Source of the DNA: Balanoglossus misakiensis
Lineage: Eukaryota > Animalia > Hemichordata
NCBI GenBank assembly: GCA_040954595.2
Contig: CM082577.2
Span: 15,321,903 to 15,385,902 of the forward strand
Length of the DNA: 64,000 nucleotides
Direction: 5' to 3'
The translations under genes were made by a program, and so were the position numbers. The notes beneath the pieces were generated by a model. It ran no database searches, had not been told where the DNA came from, and saw only the letters and a list, made by a program, of their open reading frames with translations. Shown here one piece after another: positions 10,591-21,683 of the stretch. Within the stretch, counting starts at the first letter, position 1. Each line of letters begins with the position of its first letter.

Positions 10591-11499
10591 ATGACGGCTC
10601 ATAGTTCTGCCAGACCCCATGATATCCCGTCCACGTGCATGTTTGATACATGTGAAAATACGCCACTCTCATACTGTTCCGTACGGTACGGTGCATTGGA
10701 AGAAGAAATTCATCTGCACTACACTAGTGGCCTGAATAACGTAGAGAATGAAAGAGCGTACGCTCTTTGGGCCATAAATACATCCTTAGAAGAGCCTAAA
10801 GCGATCAACTTTAACAATGGATTGCATCTTGCCTGGAAAACCGTCAACTTTGTTTCTTCTCCAAAAGCCGTTGTGTTAAACACGAGCATGACAAGTCTCG
10901 CCGCTTGTGGTTATGAACCGTACAAATTGATATCATTGGTAGTAAGTCGGCGCCTAAAAACACCCTCTGTTAAGGCTTCTGTCGTTAGTGCATTCTGGGT
11001 AACGTCGGCACTCTCAAACTCTTACATTAAGTGCACCCTATTGAACCAAATGTTTATCGACCATTATCCTAGTATGCATTATATATTTTTCACTGTTTTG
11101 GACAGTTTAGACAATTCTATCATGCGAAATAATGTATACGAATTCGCAAAAAAACTAGAGTACATATGTCATTCAGACTACAAAAAACAAGACCAGATTG
11201 TCCGCGCCATGCTCGCGCCGATAGCGTTAAAAAGCAGTGTTGAGGACACGACAATTAGACGGATACGTGTAGGTCATGGTATTTATGACCGTAAGGTCGG
11301 TGTGACCAGTGACACTATAAACATAATAGTTCCAGACCGCTGCTGGCCGTACGCATGGCATGACTGTACTCTGATCTATTCATCAAAGATTAAAACGTAC
11401 GAGAGGACTGACGAGAGAATCAGGTGGTTATCGTCCGCCTTTCTGAATGTATCGGATCTTCCAGACACTTTATTGCGTATGTTCAAACCTCTGGTGTAA
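10591..11499 (+). CDS. Hypothetical protein
   Basis: 302-aa ORF within a co-oriented gene run. Confidence 0.7.
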   Translation: MTAHSSARPHDIPSTCMFDTCENTPLSYCSVRYGALEEEIHLHYTSGLNNVENERAYALWAINTSLEEPKAINFNNGLHLAWKTVNFVSSPKAVVLNTSMTSLAACGYEPYKLISLVVSRRLKTPSVKASVVSAFWVTSALSNSYIKCTLLNQMFIDHYPSMHYIFFTVLDSLDNSIMRNNVYEFAKKLEYICHSDYKKQDQIVRAMLAPIALKSSVEDTTIRRIRVGHGIYDRKVGVTSDTINIIVPDRCWPYAWHDCTLIYSSKIKTYERTDERIRWLSSAFLNVSDLPDTLLRMFKPLV

Positions 11500-11505
11500 T
11501 CCGAA

Positions 11506-12087
11506 ATGACAATGGGAGACACGTTATACAGTAATGTGCATAGTGCCTGGGAGAACGTTTCCACCTTGGATATAACCATGGTGTTAGAGCAAGCCCATCC
11601 ACAGACAACATGTTGCATCAATTGCACTGGTCTTGGTGGGAAGGTCATATATTCCCCCGGCGGATGCACCTGTCTGATATCAAAGATGAAACTCCCTAGT
11701 AAAGACCCCTCTTTTCAAGACAAACGGGTTTTTGAACATCCTACCATACATATGATAGTTCATTTGATGTCGTTTTTCTCAGAGAGTGTGGATTTCCAGG
11801 AGGACAAGTTCATTTTTAGGGAGATTGTACATGTTGGGCCCGACATAATTTCATTGATCATAGGTGCCCAGGACCTCAGAGGAGTATGTAATATTAAAGA
11901 GAGAACGTTGACTGTAACCGTTATACAGAGTCCGTCTATACTAATAAAGATTGAACCGTTAAACAAAGACCAGGAGCTGTCTTCACTGGTAACTAAATTG
12001 GCGCACCACACCTTTATTAAGAAAGGGATGAATCGACAAAGGTTGGCAAAGAGAAGACGGGTGAAAAGGCTACGCAAGATAAACTAA
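11506..12087 (+). CDS. Hypothetical protein with basic C-terminus
   Basis: 193-aa ORF ending KRRRVKRLRK. Confidence 0.65.
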   Translation: MTMGDTLYSNVHSAWENVSTLDITMVLEQAHPQTTCCINCTGLGGKVIYSPGGCTCLISKMKLPSKDPSFQDKRVFEHPTIHMIVHLMSFFSESVDFQEDKFIFREIVHVGPDIISLIIGAQDLRGVCNIKERTLTVTVIQSPSILIKIEPLNKDQELSSLVTKLAHHTFIKKGMNRQRLAKRRRVKRLRKIN

Positions 12088-12274
12088 CTCTATATACGTT
12101 TATATACTTACGACTAGCGACTATTTGGCTGACATATTCAAGCCGTAAAATTTGTACCAAGAAGTTGACGAATCGTTCCCGACGAAAAAAAAAGCACCGA
12201 CCATACAGCGCACTTGAAAAGGTTACGCACTAATGAATGTGATTGTCCAAATATAAATCAAAGGCTATATAACA

Positions 12275-14173
12275 ATGGGTCGATATGGTTTGGCTCATAT
12301 TGTAACCGATGTCAAAAGACACGCTTCTGAAATTAGGGACCCTGTGTACGGCGTGCTTGCAGCGGACGTCAACAGGTGGCGATTAACAAAACTCCCTGTC
12401 CGATGGGAGCATGTACACGGGAGAGGAGAAGGTAGTGAGGACATTGGAAAGTCTTCTATACTATCGAGTAAGGGTATTGGTTACGTGAAAAACTGGTGGC
12501 TCGATTTTTCGTATCCAGGATCATATTTTGCAGTGGCCGTTTTATTGGAATTGGATGCCAAAGACTATATACAGAGTCCATTCTCTAGCGTGTTTAATAG
12601 CGTGTCATTGAGTCAAGATGCGAAGAATCGAGGGAAGTGCTTCGACATATCTCTAGTCAGAACTGGAGCAAGACATGGTACGCGTGCCTTGTTCTTTGAT
12701 GACCTCAATCAAGTTCGTTTGGCAAGTCGCAAATATTTTGGTTTAGACTCAACTTTCACGGATGTCGTAAGTAAATACAAAGCGATCCGCGGGAGATATA
12801 ACGCATACAGATCGAACGGTGGCTGCAGACTAAAGTATAAACGTGCAACATCCAACCAACATAATGTCAATATGGACGGTAGGGCGGACGGCAAAGCGTT
12901 GAATCATGAGGAACTGGAAATGACTAACCAGTTTACAAGTAAGCAAGATGCAGATCACGATACGCATGACACCCGAAAGGAAGGCGAAACACGACTGATA
13001 CACATGTTAGGACAAAATAATGAAAAGGCCACTGTCCATGAGAGGACAGACTCGCCACGCACTCCTGCACCTAACACTGAAAATTCGCTGGCTAAGGAGT
13101 TGGCGTTAGTCAGCAAATTGGCACAGAATCTTCCCAAAGAGGACGCTGTACAGTTGATGGAACTGTTTGAGAATCGGGACGAGAAAATAAATTCCATGGA
13201 CAATATGGCGTTGACCATGTCGTTACAAGTTCAGAAAATCTTGCAACTAGTCAGTAACATAATGGACGAACAAAACACACCGGAATCCAGGAAACGCAGG
13301 GATGATCTTATGGAACTCCGTCAAAAACTCACCAGAGAGCCCATGGATCAAGGTCATATAAACGCCTCATTTTCGAAACTTGGTGAATCATACCAAGACA
13401 TATCGAAGGAAGCAAACAAGGTTCCCAGAGCATCTATGGACGAGGCAGTCAGTAATAAACTGATCGACTACTATAAACGTGTTACTAACGTGCTCAAGAA
13501 GCAATCAAACCCGGATACAATAAGTGAATCCAATATGTCCTCTTTGAGTAAAGATCAACAGGAACGCATGGCTAGAATTAAACAACATATGTCAGAAAGC
13601 CCAGACATATACCAATACATACAGTCACTAGAGGCGGCAGTGGATAGTAGTCTACTCCAAGGTATACGTGAAAAATCCCCGCGACCACACGGTAGTCTGT
13701 CGCGTCATGCTGCGCAACAAAATGCTACCTATAGAGACCGCGACGATGGGTATTCGCCACATTATCACACGCAAAAAATCACGGGACCTAGTCAGGAGCC
13801 CTACCAACGGCGTCAACCAACGCATGAGTGTATGTGTGAGGATTGTCAGCCCATACGTCACACCAAATCTCCCCACCTGCAGAACCGACGCCAAGGATCT
13901 CCGCAAGACCCCATAAAGACCCATCAATCTAAGCACAATTCTGAAGCTATGCAACAGCGCAAAGATGCGACCCAGTGTGATCGACAGCAAGACTGTACTG
14001 CAAAATCGTGTCGCCAACCGGACTCCGAGGATAAAATCGACGCCAGTTTCAGTGGTCATTCGGAGCACCAACAGACATTCTGGAAATTGAGGAAGCCAAT
14101 AGTATACGATAATGATTTTCCGGAAGGATTTTGTGACGACGGACCACCAATAGTCAAGAGAATCAAACATTAG
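12275..14173 (+). CDS. Capsid maturation protease (assemblin/HK97 prohead type) fused to a scaffold-like region
   Basis: LPVRWEH (His), SVSLSQ (Ser) and FDISLVRTGARHGT (oxyanion-loop-like) in the first ~150 aa; coiled-coil/low-complexity C-terminus; upstream of the MCP. Confidence 0.7.
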   Translation: MGRYGLAHIVTDVKRHASEIRDPVYGVLAADVNRWRLTKLPVRWEHVHGRGEGSEDIGKSSILSSKGIGYVKNWWLDFSYPGSYFAVAVLLELDAKDYIQSPFSSVFNSVSLSQDAKNRGKCFDISLVRTGARHGTRALFFDDLNQVRLASRKYFGLDSTFTDVVSKYKAIRGRYNAYRSNGGCRLKYKRATSNQHNVNMDGRADGKALNHEELEMTNQFTSKQDADHDTHDTRKEGETRLIHMLGQNNEKATVHERTDSPRTPAPNTENSLAKELALVSKLAQNLPKEDAVQLMELFENRDEKINSMDNMALTMSLQVQKILQLVSNIMDEQNTPESRKRRDDLMELRQKLTREPMDQGHINASFSKLGESYQDISKEANKVPRASMDEAVSNKLIDYYKRVTNVLKKQSNPDTISESNMSSLSKDQQERMARIKQHMSESPDIYQYIQSLEAAVDSSLLQGIREKSPRPHGSLSRHAAQQNATYRDRDDGYSPHYHTQKITGPSQEPYQRRQPTHECMCEDCQPIRHTKSPHLQNRRQGSPQDPIKTHQSKHNSEAMQQRKDATQCDRQQDCTAKSCRQPDSEDKIDASFSGHSEHQQTFWKLRKPIVYDNDFPEGFCDDGPPIVKRIKH

Positions 14174-14207
14174 CGTGAGAGAATAATTTACAACACAGGA
14201 AGAAAGA

Positions 14208-15128
14208 ATGTCCATCAGAAACGCGCAAGTAAAAGCCCCTCCAGTTGAAGGCCCAGTGATTGCGCTTGAAGTAGACCGCACGTTCGTTTCACAAAACTTG
14301 GACGGTGCGAAGTTATCGGTCACTCAGGATGTGCTCTACCCGAGAGACGACAAGGTCACAATTGTACCGGGACAGGTACTGTTGGGACACAGGGATTTTG
14401 CTTCTAGAAAGTGGGGAGTTGTTCCTTCACCAGCTGGGCTCATGGCAAAGTCATTTGATATACATACTGGAGATATCGAAAAAAGCAGGCAGATGTGGGA
14501 GTTAGACCCACAGGCGTATAAGGTACTGGGTATAGCTTCGACCGAATCCACCGATTGGGAAAAGGGTCAGCTAATGTCGATTGTGTCAAAGTCACCCAGT
14601 ACGGGTTTTTTAAACACAGGAGGCAATTGGATAAGAGACGGACAACTTGTCTGTGTGCGTCTCCCAACCCACGAAGAAGCCAATCAACACTTGCATCGGT
14701 ATGGTTCGATCAAATTTGCCACCTATCCCCGCGACGATAACGACGTTCATTCAAATATATACGAGTTTATGGACTATCTAAGAATGGAAAAGGATATTGC
14801 TGTAGCAACAGGTCACCACAACAAAAGAGAATCGCTGAAAGCGCTCACCGAGATACTATCGCGTTCTGGGGAATTCATTTCGAGTCATATAGTGCCAGAG
14901 CCAAGATCCCGAGCACAATTCGACAACTGGAAGCGTACGGGATATATTTTCAACACTCCATTAACCCTATTCACTGATGAAGCGCACAGGATATCTTTGC
15001 AACATTTTCTCAACAATGTGGTCAAACTTGCCAACACAATTAGATCAAAGAACGACCTGATAATCTTAGGACTCGCCAGGCAAGATATACACCCTTACGA
15101 ATACGGGAGCATAGAACTCTACGTTTAA
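14208..15128 (+). CDS. Probable capsid triplex subunit
   Basis: 306 aa, between protease and MCP; beta-rich pattern VLGIA..NTGGNWIRDGQLV..P..LGLA..IEL recalls herpes/mirus triplex. Judged by eye only. Confidence 0.5.
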   Translation: MSIRNAQVKAPPVEGPVIALEVDRTFVSQNLDGAKLSVTQDVLYPRDDKVTIVPGQVLLGHRDFASRKWGVVPSPAGLMAKSFDIHTGDIEKSRQMWELDPQAYKVLGIASTESTDWEKGQLMSIVSKSPSTGFLNTGGNWIRDGQLVCVRLPTHEEANQHLHRYGSIKFATYPRDDNDVHSNIYEFMDYLRMEKDIAVATGHHNKRESLKALTEILSRSGEFISSHIVPEPRSRAQFDNWKRTGYIFNTPLTLFTDEAHRISLQHFLNNVVKLANTIRSKNDLIILGLARQDIHPYEYGSIELYV

Positions 15129-15797
15129 TATCTGTACGCGGAACACGTGTAATGGCATAAGACAATTTACCGTGGATTGTAATTTTTATCTTTATATATA
15201 CATATTAAATAAATGTTACAAACAAAGTAATATAAGTAGTGAAACTTGCATGTCTACACACGAATAAATACACATAGACGATCATATGGGTTAAAATGAA
15301 TTTATTTTTAACATGTTGTAAGAGAGTGTGCTGTATGTGATAAACAATCACCTACACAGTTCTCATCTACATAACAATAAAACTCCTTCTGTGATTGGTT
15401 CACCGCCGACCAGTCTCAAGTCCAGTTGGGGTCGTTAAAATTGCGGCCTTTATGACTTCAATGACTAATGAATGAAGTCAATATGACCGCCGTTTCACCC
15501 CCCCCCCTCATATGTTACGGGGGAAATCATTACAACTGTACCATGGAATCCTCCTGTACATTACTTGTACCTTTCACCATGGACTATGCGTTGTGCTTCT
15601 TCATCATCTTCGTAGATGTACCGAATATAACAGTCCATGGTGTCAGACTTGTAGCCACGAATAATGATTACTATCCTTTAGATGGGATTCAGCTATGCGT
15701 CTTCTCTGTTACAGCATGTTTCGCCAAAAGTGGTTCGTCAGAGATATTATATTAATAATGTGTTAGAATAGCGATACGTGTATAAAGGTATTTCAAA

Positions 15798-18700
15798 ATG
15801 CTGAATCCGTTCAGACGGGGTCAACCCAACATGAGCAGGCCTTTGATGACGTCTGATCTACTAAATTTTGACAATTTTTTTGCAGACGACGGGTCAAACC
15901 CGCCCTCTGGTCAGGGTCGATTCGGGGGAACATTCTCATCCAATCCAAACTATATCGGACATCGAAACCAGGGTCACACTGCCACAGACACCGATTGGGT
16001 TGCCCCGAAAGATGTCTTATTGAGTCAAAGGATATTATACGACTCGATCTCGCCTGATGAAGGCGTTGTTAAAGTGGGTGGTGATAGGTTGGCTTGGTTT
16101 TGTCCCATCGCTATTTTCAATGGAAGACCCAATTTTGCAATACAGGAAATCATCGCCCCGGCTTCAGTTGTAGATAAATGTACATCCGCGTCTACTCTGC
16201 CAACACTGGGCGTTGAAAAGCAGTCGAGACAGTATACCATGGATATGATGGGCGTTGCCATCAGTTTAGCTCCAGAGCTTATTCAAAGAGGGACTGTTAA
16301 CCAGATAAGGAATGCGTACAAACTCAAGGTCAAACAGGTGGTCGACAGTATCGCAATGACACTACAGGCAGTAGTATACAGTAATGTATTCGGTGGTCCC
16401 ACACTCGAATACATGGAGTTTCGCAGGATGGGCAACGAAAGAGATGTTTCTAGAGCTAACCTATTTTATGGTACATATCAGAAAAGAATCGACAATTTTC
16501 TACTATGGAACCTGGGGCGAACAAACAAGAAAGCTGTGTTAATTGACTTGGATAACTGTTTGAATTACAGTTCGAACAACGACGGTGATGCCGACACAAT
16601 AATATGTCACCCTGTCGTCGCAGGTGTCTTGAGGGAAACTGTCGCGCCTAATCTAGGCACGCAAGAAACTCGAGAAACCTATTTTGTGAATACGTCTGAT
16701 AATCACATTGTGTATAATCACCATCTTCAACCAGACCCAAACCTCTCCCACCAAGTTCATGCTCCAAATTTAAGAACAATAGTTAATGCAAAAGTTAAGT
16801 ACATTATTCCCTGTCCGGATGTACGAATAAACAATGTCAAGTCGAATCTCAGTGAACTCGAGGCCAACTTCAAATCGTTTAACGTTATAGGATATTGTCC
16901 ATTACTGCAACAAATGGGTAGTCTACTGGACTTCAAACAAACCACATCTGTGGATTGGAATTCCATATACGTTACCGACTTTGAGAAACGATACGATTCG
17001 AGGGTTACCTTGGACGAGGTGATGGAACAGGGTGGTTATTTTGTACCAGAAACATACAACGCGAGTTCTTATAACAATCTATTGAGAAGTGCAGACTTTA
17101 TTGAATTGACGACCATAACACCAGCCGAGTATTATCGATCATGCACAATGCCTTTCACTGGAAAGGAGAAATCCTGCTTGTTAGATCCTAGTCGAAAAGT
17201 GTATTATGACCCGGACAGACAAACATTTCTACCCGCGTTCACTTATGGACACAGCAACGTGAGCACCTGTCCCGTCGACAGGGGTGACATTGTCGCCGGT
17301 ATGACGTTCATGTCCAGGACAATGGTTGGCCTCGGAGAGCATTGCGACGAGGAATTGTTATGCAACTATGTAAGAGACTGTCTGTCGCTGGAATGGTCTC
17401 AGGAGGATTTCGACACCCTTATGCTGTTTGATCGCACACCGTTTCACGAGGCAATGGGCGATGTGGCAGAAGTTGGCAATACCAGTGATGGGAATGGAAG
17501 TGGAGAAGGTTCAGGTAGCCAGGGGACATTGGCCCAAAGGGTTATCAGGGACGTCACTTCTCATAGTGGCGCCACACATTTTACCAATTACGATCAATTG
17601 CTAATCGTCCGTCATATTTGTCAGCAACGCAGATGCATCGATCGAGAAAGAGAGGAAGGTGGTCGTGCAGGTGCTACCGCTATGAACGCATTAGACTGCG
17701 CAATTGTCAACATTACTATGATTATAGAATGGGTAGACTTACTCTATGACAAATATAAAACAGTAACCAAATCCAGGCCAGATACTACACACAGTTGGTT
17801 GTTCACGCCATTGGGTCATGAGACTCTACAAAAAGTATTTCACGATGACCGCCTAGATGAAGCGGATGAGAGAGATTACACGCATATGTTACGCAACAAG
17901 GCTGCTCTGTACCACAATGTATTTCTGAGAGCATTTTCGCCGGTTGTATATGTTGCGGGAAATTCTTCTTTAGACGAAGCTATAGAGGCCGGCATCGTGA
18001 ACGTTGTGGGGCTGGGTGACATTACACTGAACGAGGAGGTTTATCATTACAATTGTAACTTTAGTACATATTCAGCCAGGCGGACATTCAATACTATAGC
18101 TGATTCGTCATTCATACGCCCCAAGCAAAGATTTGTTATCTCCGATTTGAGTCCATTGCACTCATACAACAATGACTCTCCTGTCGATGCGGAACACTTT
18201 CTGAACCATAACTATTCCTACAGGTTGTCATGGATCTGCAGTTCGTCATACAGTCTCATGATCAAGTGTTTTACCATGATTTTCATTAGCATGTTACAAA
18301 ACCCAACCACTACTAGAGCGTTAGCAAAAGAAGGGATATATTTAAACACGGCGTTTCTTTTGTTCAGAAATGTGGTACAGCGGACATGTAGCATCGCCAT
18401 GGCGCGATCTGGTAGAGAGAACAGGTTCTTGTTTTGTGGCAATAGCACTACAAATAGTTACCATAGTAATGCCACCAGTTATGTGACGAATTGTCGTTTC
18501 GAGACAAATATGGTGGACTTCGACCCGATCAATAACACCAGGGTACAGTTGCACGTGGGAGGTCTGGGTTATAACAGGGGGATGGGTTCAAAAATTAGGG
18601 ACCCGTTCACGGAGGGGACGTCCGATGGTAGGGGCGACTTTGTTGTTGTACCTATGTGTCCGATCGTAGATGTTGGGCTCTGGAATCACATTCAACCTAT

Positions 18701-19265
18701 GAACGGGCGAGTTACGTTCGAAGATGGTAATTCAAACAAAAAGGCCACGAGAATAGACACTGTCCAAGGTATTTACACCAATAATCCGTGGTCAACGGCT
18801 GGACTGTCAGAGGCTCAGATTATACATGGTAACATGCGACATCCCTTATGGGTTCACAATAGTAACAAGCACGGGACGTTCAAGTGTTTCTTACAGGCCA
18901 AGACACCGTCACCACAATACCAAGTTGGTATTGATGAATTTTATAGGCCCATAGATTCCAATGGTCTACAGAGAGAATCAAACATAGCTGTACAGGGTAG
19001 GCAGTACCACAACAACATTGACTGTCCATACGCTTTCAAGACTCTTAACAGAGGGTTTTATGGAATGGACGAAAATAGTAGCAATCGCTTCCAAGACGCC
19101 CTCAACGTCTCCACCGTTCGTGATGACGAAGGTTTACATCTGATGGATCCAATCACGATTCAACCGTCTGTCAAGAGAACGGACAAGTACTACGCAGAGA
19201 CTGGAATCCGTAAGAAATTCAAGCCAGACGACGCGTCGCGTCAACACAGACTAATACCTATTTAG
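15798..19265 (+). CDS. Major capsid protein, HK97-fold floor with large insertion (herpes/mirus type)
   Basis: 1155 aa, clustered with protease and triplex. N-terminal E-loop/spine-helix-like segment (QYTMDMMGVAISL..YKLKVKQVVDSIAMTLQAVVY) and DTIICHP. Confidence 0.7.
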   Translation: MLNPFRRGQPNMSRPLMTSDLLNFDNFFADDGSNPPSGQGRFGGTFSSNPNYIGHRNQGHTATDTDWVAPKDVLLSQRILYDSISPDEGVVKVGGDRLAWFCPIAIFNGRPNFAIQEIIAPASVVDKCTSASTLPTLGVEKQSRQYTMDMMGVAISLAPELIQRGTVNQIRNAYKLKVKQVVDSIAMTLQAVVYSNVFGGPTLEYMEFRRMGNERDVSRANLFYGTYQKRIDNFLLWNLGRTNKKAVLIDLDNCLNYSSNNDGDADTIICHPVVAGVLRETVAPNLGTQETRETYFVNTSDNHIVYNHHLQPDPNLSHQVHAPNLRTIVNAKVKYIIPCPDVRINNVKSNLSELEANFKSFNVIGYCPLLQQMGSLLDFKQTTSVDWNSIYVTDFEKRYDSRVTLDEVMEQGGYFVPETYNASSYNNLLRSADFIELTTITPAEYYRSCTMPFTGKEKSCLLDPSRKVYYDPDRQTFLPAFTYGHSNVSTCPVDRGDIVAGMTFMSRTMVGLGEHCDEELLCNYVRDCLSLEWSQEDFDTLMLFDRTPFHEAMGDVAEVGNTSDGNGSGEGSGSQGTLAQRVIRDVTSHSGATHFTNYDQLLIVRHICQQRRCIDREREEGGRAGATAMNALDCAIVNITMIIEWVDLLYDKYKTVTKSRPDTTHSWLFTPLGHETLQKVFHDDRLDEADERDYTHMLRNKAALYHNVFLRAFSPVVYVAGNSSLDEAIEAGIVNVVGLGDITLNEEVYHYNCNFSTYSARRTFNTIADSSFIRPKQRFVISDLSPLHSYNNDSPVDAEHFLNHNYSYRLSWICSSSYSLMIKCFTMIFISMLQNPTTTRALAKEGIYLNTAFLLFRNVVQRTCSIAMARSGRENRFLFCGNSTTNSYHSNATSYVTNCRFETNMVDFDPINNTRVQLHVGGLGYNRGMGSKIRDPFTEGTSDGRGDFVVVPMCPIVDVGLWNHIQPMNGRVTFEDGNSNKKATRIDTVQGIYTNNPWSTAGLSEAQIIHGNMRHPLWVHNSNKHGTFKCFLQAKTPSPQYQVGIDEFYRPIDSNGLQRESNIAVQGRQYHNNIDCPYAFKTLNRGFYGMDENSSNRFQDALNVSTVRDDEGLHLMDPITIQPSVKRTDKYYAETGIRKKFKPDDASRQHRLIPI

Positions 19266-19555
19266 ATCGAAGGGATAACTGTCAAATCAGTTTCGTTTAA
19301 TCCCACCCGCATAGATAGATAAAAGTTTTGTTAAGGCCAGAGAGAAAAAAAAATCTTGTTCATCGGATTTTTTGGACGATGGTCCAGGAGCGGCGAGCGA
19401 ATATTTTTTTTTTTTTTTTTTTTTAGGCTCGTGCTCTTTCATTTTGTTACCTGTATGTGTAGGTCTACCTGTGCTGTACTATATGTAATGTATGACTTAT
19501 ACGGCCGAAATAAAAAGTTGAACCACCAGAAGTGACAACCACAATTTTTTCCGAG

Positions 19556-19617
19556 CATGGTGTATTATTTGCTGACCTTATATTGGCAAGCTTCACAAAT
19601 GGTGACCCCGACGTGAT
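19556..19617 (+). mobile_element. LTR-end relic (..CTTCACA) followed by a perfect tRNA-Trp primer-binding site
   Basis: TGGTGACCCCGACGTGAT at 19600-19617 is the complement of the eukaryotic tRNA-Trp 3' end plus CCA, 2 nt after a CA terminus. Confidence 0.8.
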
Positions 19618-20412
19618 GAATTCTCAAGGCATGAGTGTATTGTATTTACAATCGTGACGTTACTGGTTACCGACTCACCCTCTCCAGACAAGTGACGCAC
19701 ACGATCACGGCCAGTATGTATGGCAGGAAATCACACGCATTAATTCCCGAATAAAATTTGGGATAACGATTATTTAAAACGGAATGCTTGTTTTGAGAAA
19801 GCTGCCCGTCTCGCGCATAAAAGTTCAACATATTTGAAATATCTTAAATAAAAGTGAATAAGCTTTCAATATATATATAATGACAACAAAATGGTTTAAC
19901 ACGTAACAAAAATATAAATTCTGTACAAAAATTCATGAATTCTTGTCAATGAATCTCAGATATAATAAATAATGTCTATACAGCGTGATTTTGATTGTCT
20001 TTTCCATGTAACGTAAATACCACAACGTAGTTCTTCTCCAGGCGATGGGAAAATATAGTCTCTTGCCATGGACGAGCGAAATTTAATCTATCAGGGAAAT
20101 ATATCTGCTCACAAATGCGCGCCATATTGGGTGGCAAAGCGCGTCGTCGTCATCAAAAGTGGAAATCAACACTAGAACGTGAACATCGCTTTTGATGTCC
20201 GTTTCTCGAGTCACAGTTTCAAGTCTGAATACTCCAACACGACATATTAAAGCTCTGTCTCTTCCACCTCCAGTTTTGATTGTATAAACATCGTCGCGTC
20301 CGATGGCGCGATCATTTGGTGCAGCGTTCGGTCGGGTGCGAAATTTTCCCTTCAAGACGGTGTGATTTTTTTCCTCATACTAATTCTGTGTAACTACGAG
20401 TCTTGGCTGTCA

Positions 20413-20898
20413 TTATGAATACGATTTCAGTTCGGCAAAAACTTCTGAAAAATACGTACTCTCCTTGTTTATCCGTAACATGTTGGCACTACAGTCATTT
20501 ATAATTTTCAGGCTTCTGTCCCCGAATCTGTCTCTGTCGTCTTCAACTAGGAACGGTTTTAGCGGATAACTGATCTCGTTGCCCACGTAACTATAGGATA
20601 AGTACAGACATGTGAGCACGACGGCTTGTAGCTCAGACTCGGAGGTGATTTTGTCGTCGACAAAGTCCCGACATAACATGTACACGAAGACAAGGTTTGC
20701 CGGGGTGATGAAGGCAATGTCCTGCCACCCTTGCAAGAGCAGGGACCTGTCCACTGATCGCAGCCACATTATGGCATCGTTGCCTTCGAAGTCCCGCAAG
20801 CAGGAGCATCGCCGACTGAGGAAATTTCCCAGACACTTCAGCAGTTCTCCGGTGGACGCTTGGATGGTTTTCTTGGTGTTCGGCGTTTTCACCGCCAT
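20413..20898 (-). CDS. CDK5R1: CDK5 activator p35 homologue reduced to the activation domain (p25-like)
   Basis: [58 protein letters not shown]. Intronless; in-frame stop just upstream of accATGg. Confidence 0.95.
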   Translation of the reverse strand: MAVKTPNTKKTIQASTGELLKCLGNFLSRRCSCLRDFEGNDAIMWLRSVDRSLLLQGWQDIAFITPANLVFVYMLCRDFVDDKITSESELQAVVLTCLYLSYSYVGNEISYPLKPFLVEDDRDRFGDRSLKIINDCSANMLRINKESTYFSEVFAELKSYS

Positions 20899-20937
20899 GG
20901 TGTATTATTTGCTGACCCTATATTGGCAAGCTTCACA
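20896..20937 (+). repeat. Second copy of the 42-bp LTR-like repeat (1 mismatch), overlapping the p35 start codon
   Basis: catggtgtattatttgctgacc(t/c)tatattggcaagcttcaca at 19556 and 20896. Confidence 0.9.
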
Positions 20938-21317
20938 CGATGAACAATTTATTTTTCTTCCTGGCCTAATTGTCTCTGTACTGTCCGTGTTGCCAGCCAA
21001 TCCACTCATTTATTCCGCTGCTTTGATATAATTACATGCCTATGCAAATAGGGAAAGATATACAAATCTACATGCCTTTTTTTTATACACCACATAATAC
21101 GTAAGTGCATGTATTCCAACTGTAATACATTGGATAGACCGTGTGCGTGCGTGTCACTATCCTGCGTGTAAAATTGGCGAGTATAATTTTTAGAGACAAC
21201 TCGGCTTTTGTGGCTCATAATTCTAATTATATCAAAGTACAACGCCAACAGTCCTATACATCTGGCGTTGACATAACCTATTAGCGTGTGCAGAGAACAG
21301 TATTGTTTAGTTGAACC

Positions 21318-21683
21318 ATGAGAATTTTACTCGCTACTTTTATGGGGGTTCTCTTTATATCATTTATTATCGGTCTTACAAACTTCGTCAAATCTTTACC
21401 GTCACATCATAATCCAAAGTCCCCGATAGCGCCACCCTTTTATTTACGGTGGTGTAAAGATTCCCTCTATACTACGCTGTCAGAGACGACCGAATGGGTA
21501 CCCGATCAATTAACGAATCTGATGTACAACTCCACCTACACCCCAATGCCATTGAGGAAAGTGAGCAAAGAAACAGTAGGTTGGATGGCACAGAGGCTTT
21601 TAAACATCAAGTCTGCTATTACGCCCAACGCTCCAAAAGCCTTAGTAGGATACACGATAGATATTTCTATACAGGGTCCTTAG
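21318..21683 (+). CDS. Small secreted or membrane protein (signal-peptide-like N-terminus)
   Basis: MRILLATFMGVLFISFIIGL hydrophobic leader. Confidence 0.5.
   Translation: MRILLATFMGVLFISFIIGLTNFVKSLPSHHNPKSPIAPPFYLRWCKDSLYTTLSETTEWVPDQLTNLMYNSTYTPMPLRKVSKETVGWMAQRLLNIKSAITPNAPKALVGYTIDISIQGP

Noticed and set aside
15310-15755. SRCR-like LRLVGGEPITEG on the minus strand, and the 95-aa plus-strand ORF
   Set aside because: The match is too short, has no start, and the rest of the domain is absent.
19600-19617. tRNA-Trp gene
   Set aside because: Only the 3' 18 nt including encoded CCA are present, with no cloverleaf; this is a primer-binding site.
20083-20355. 90-aa minus-strand ORF downstream of p35
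   Set aside because: No ATG start and no recognisable family; possibly a decayed gene but not supportable.
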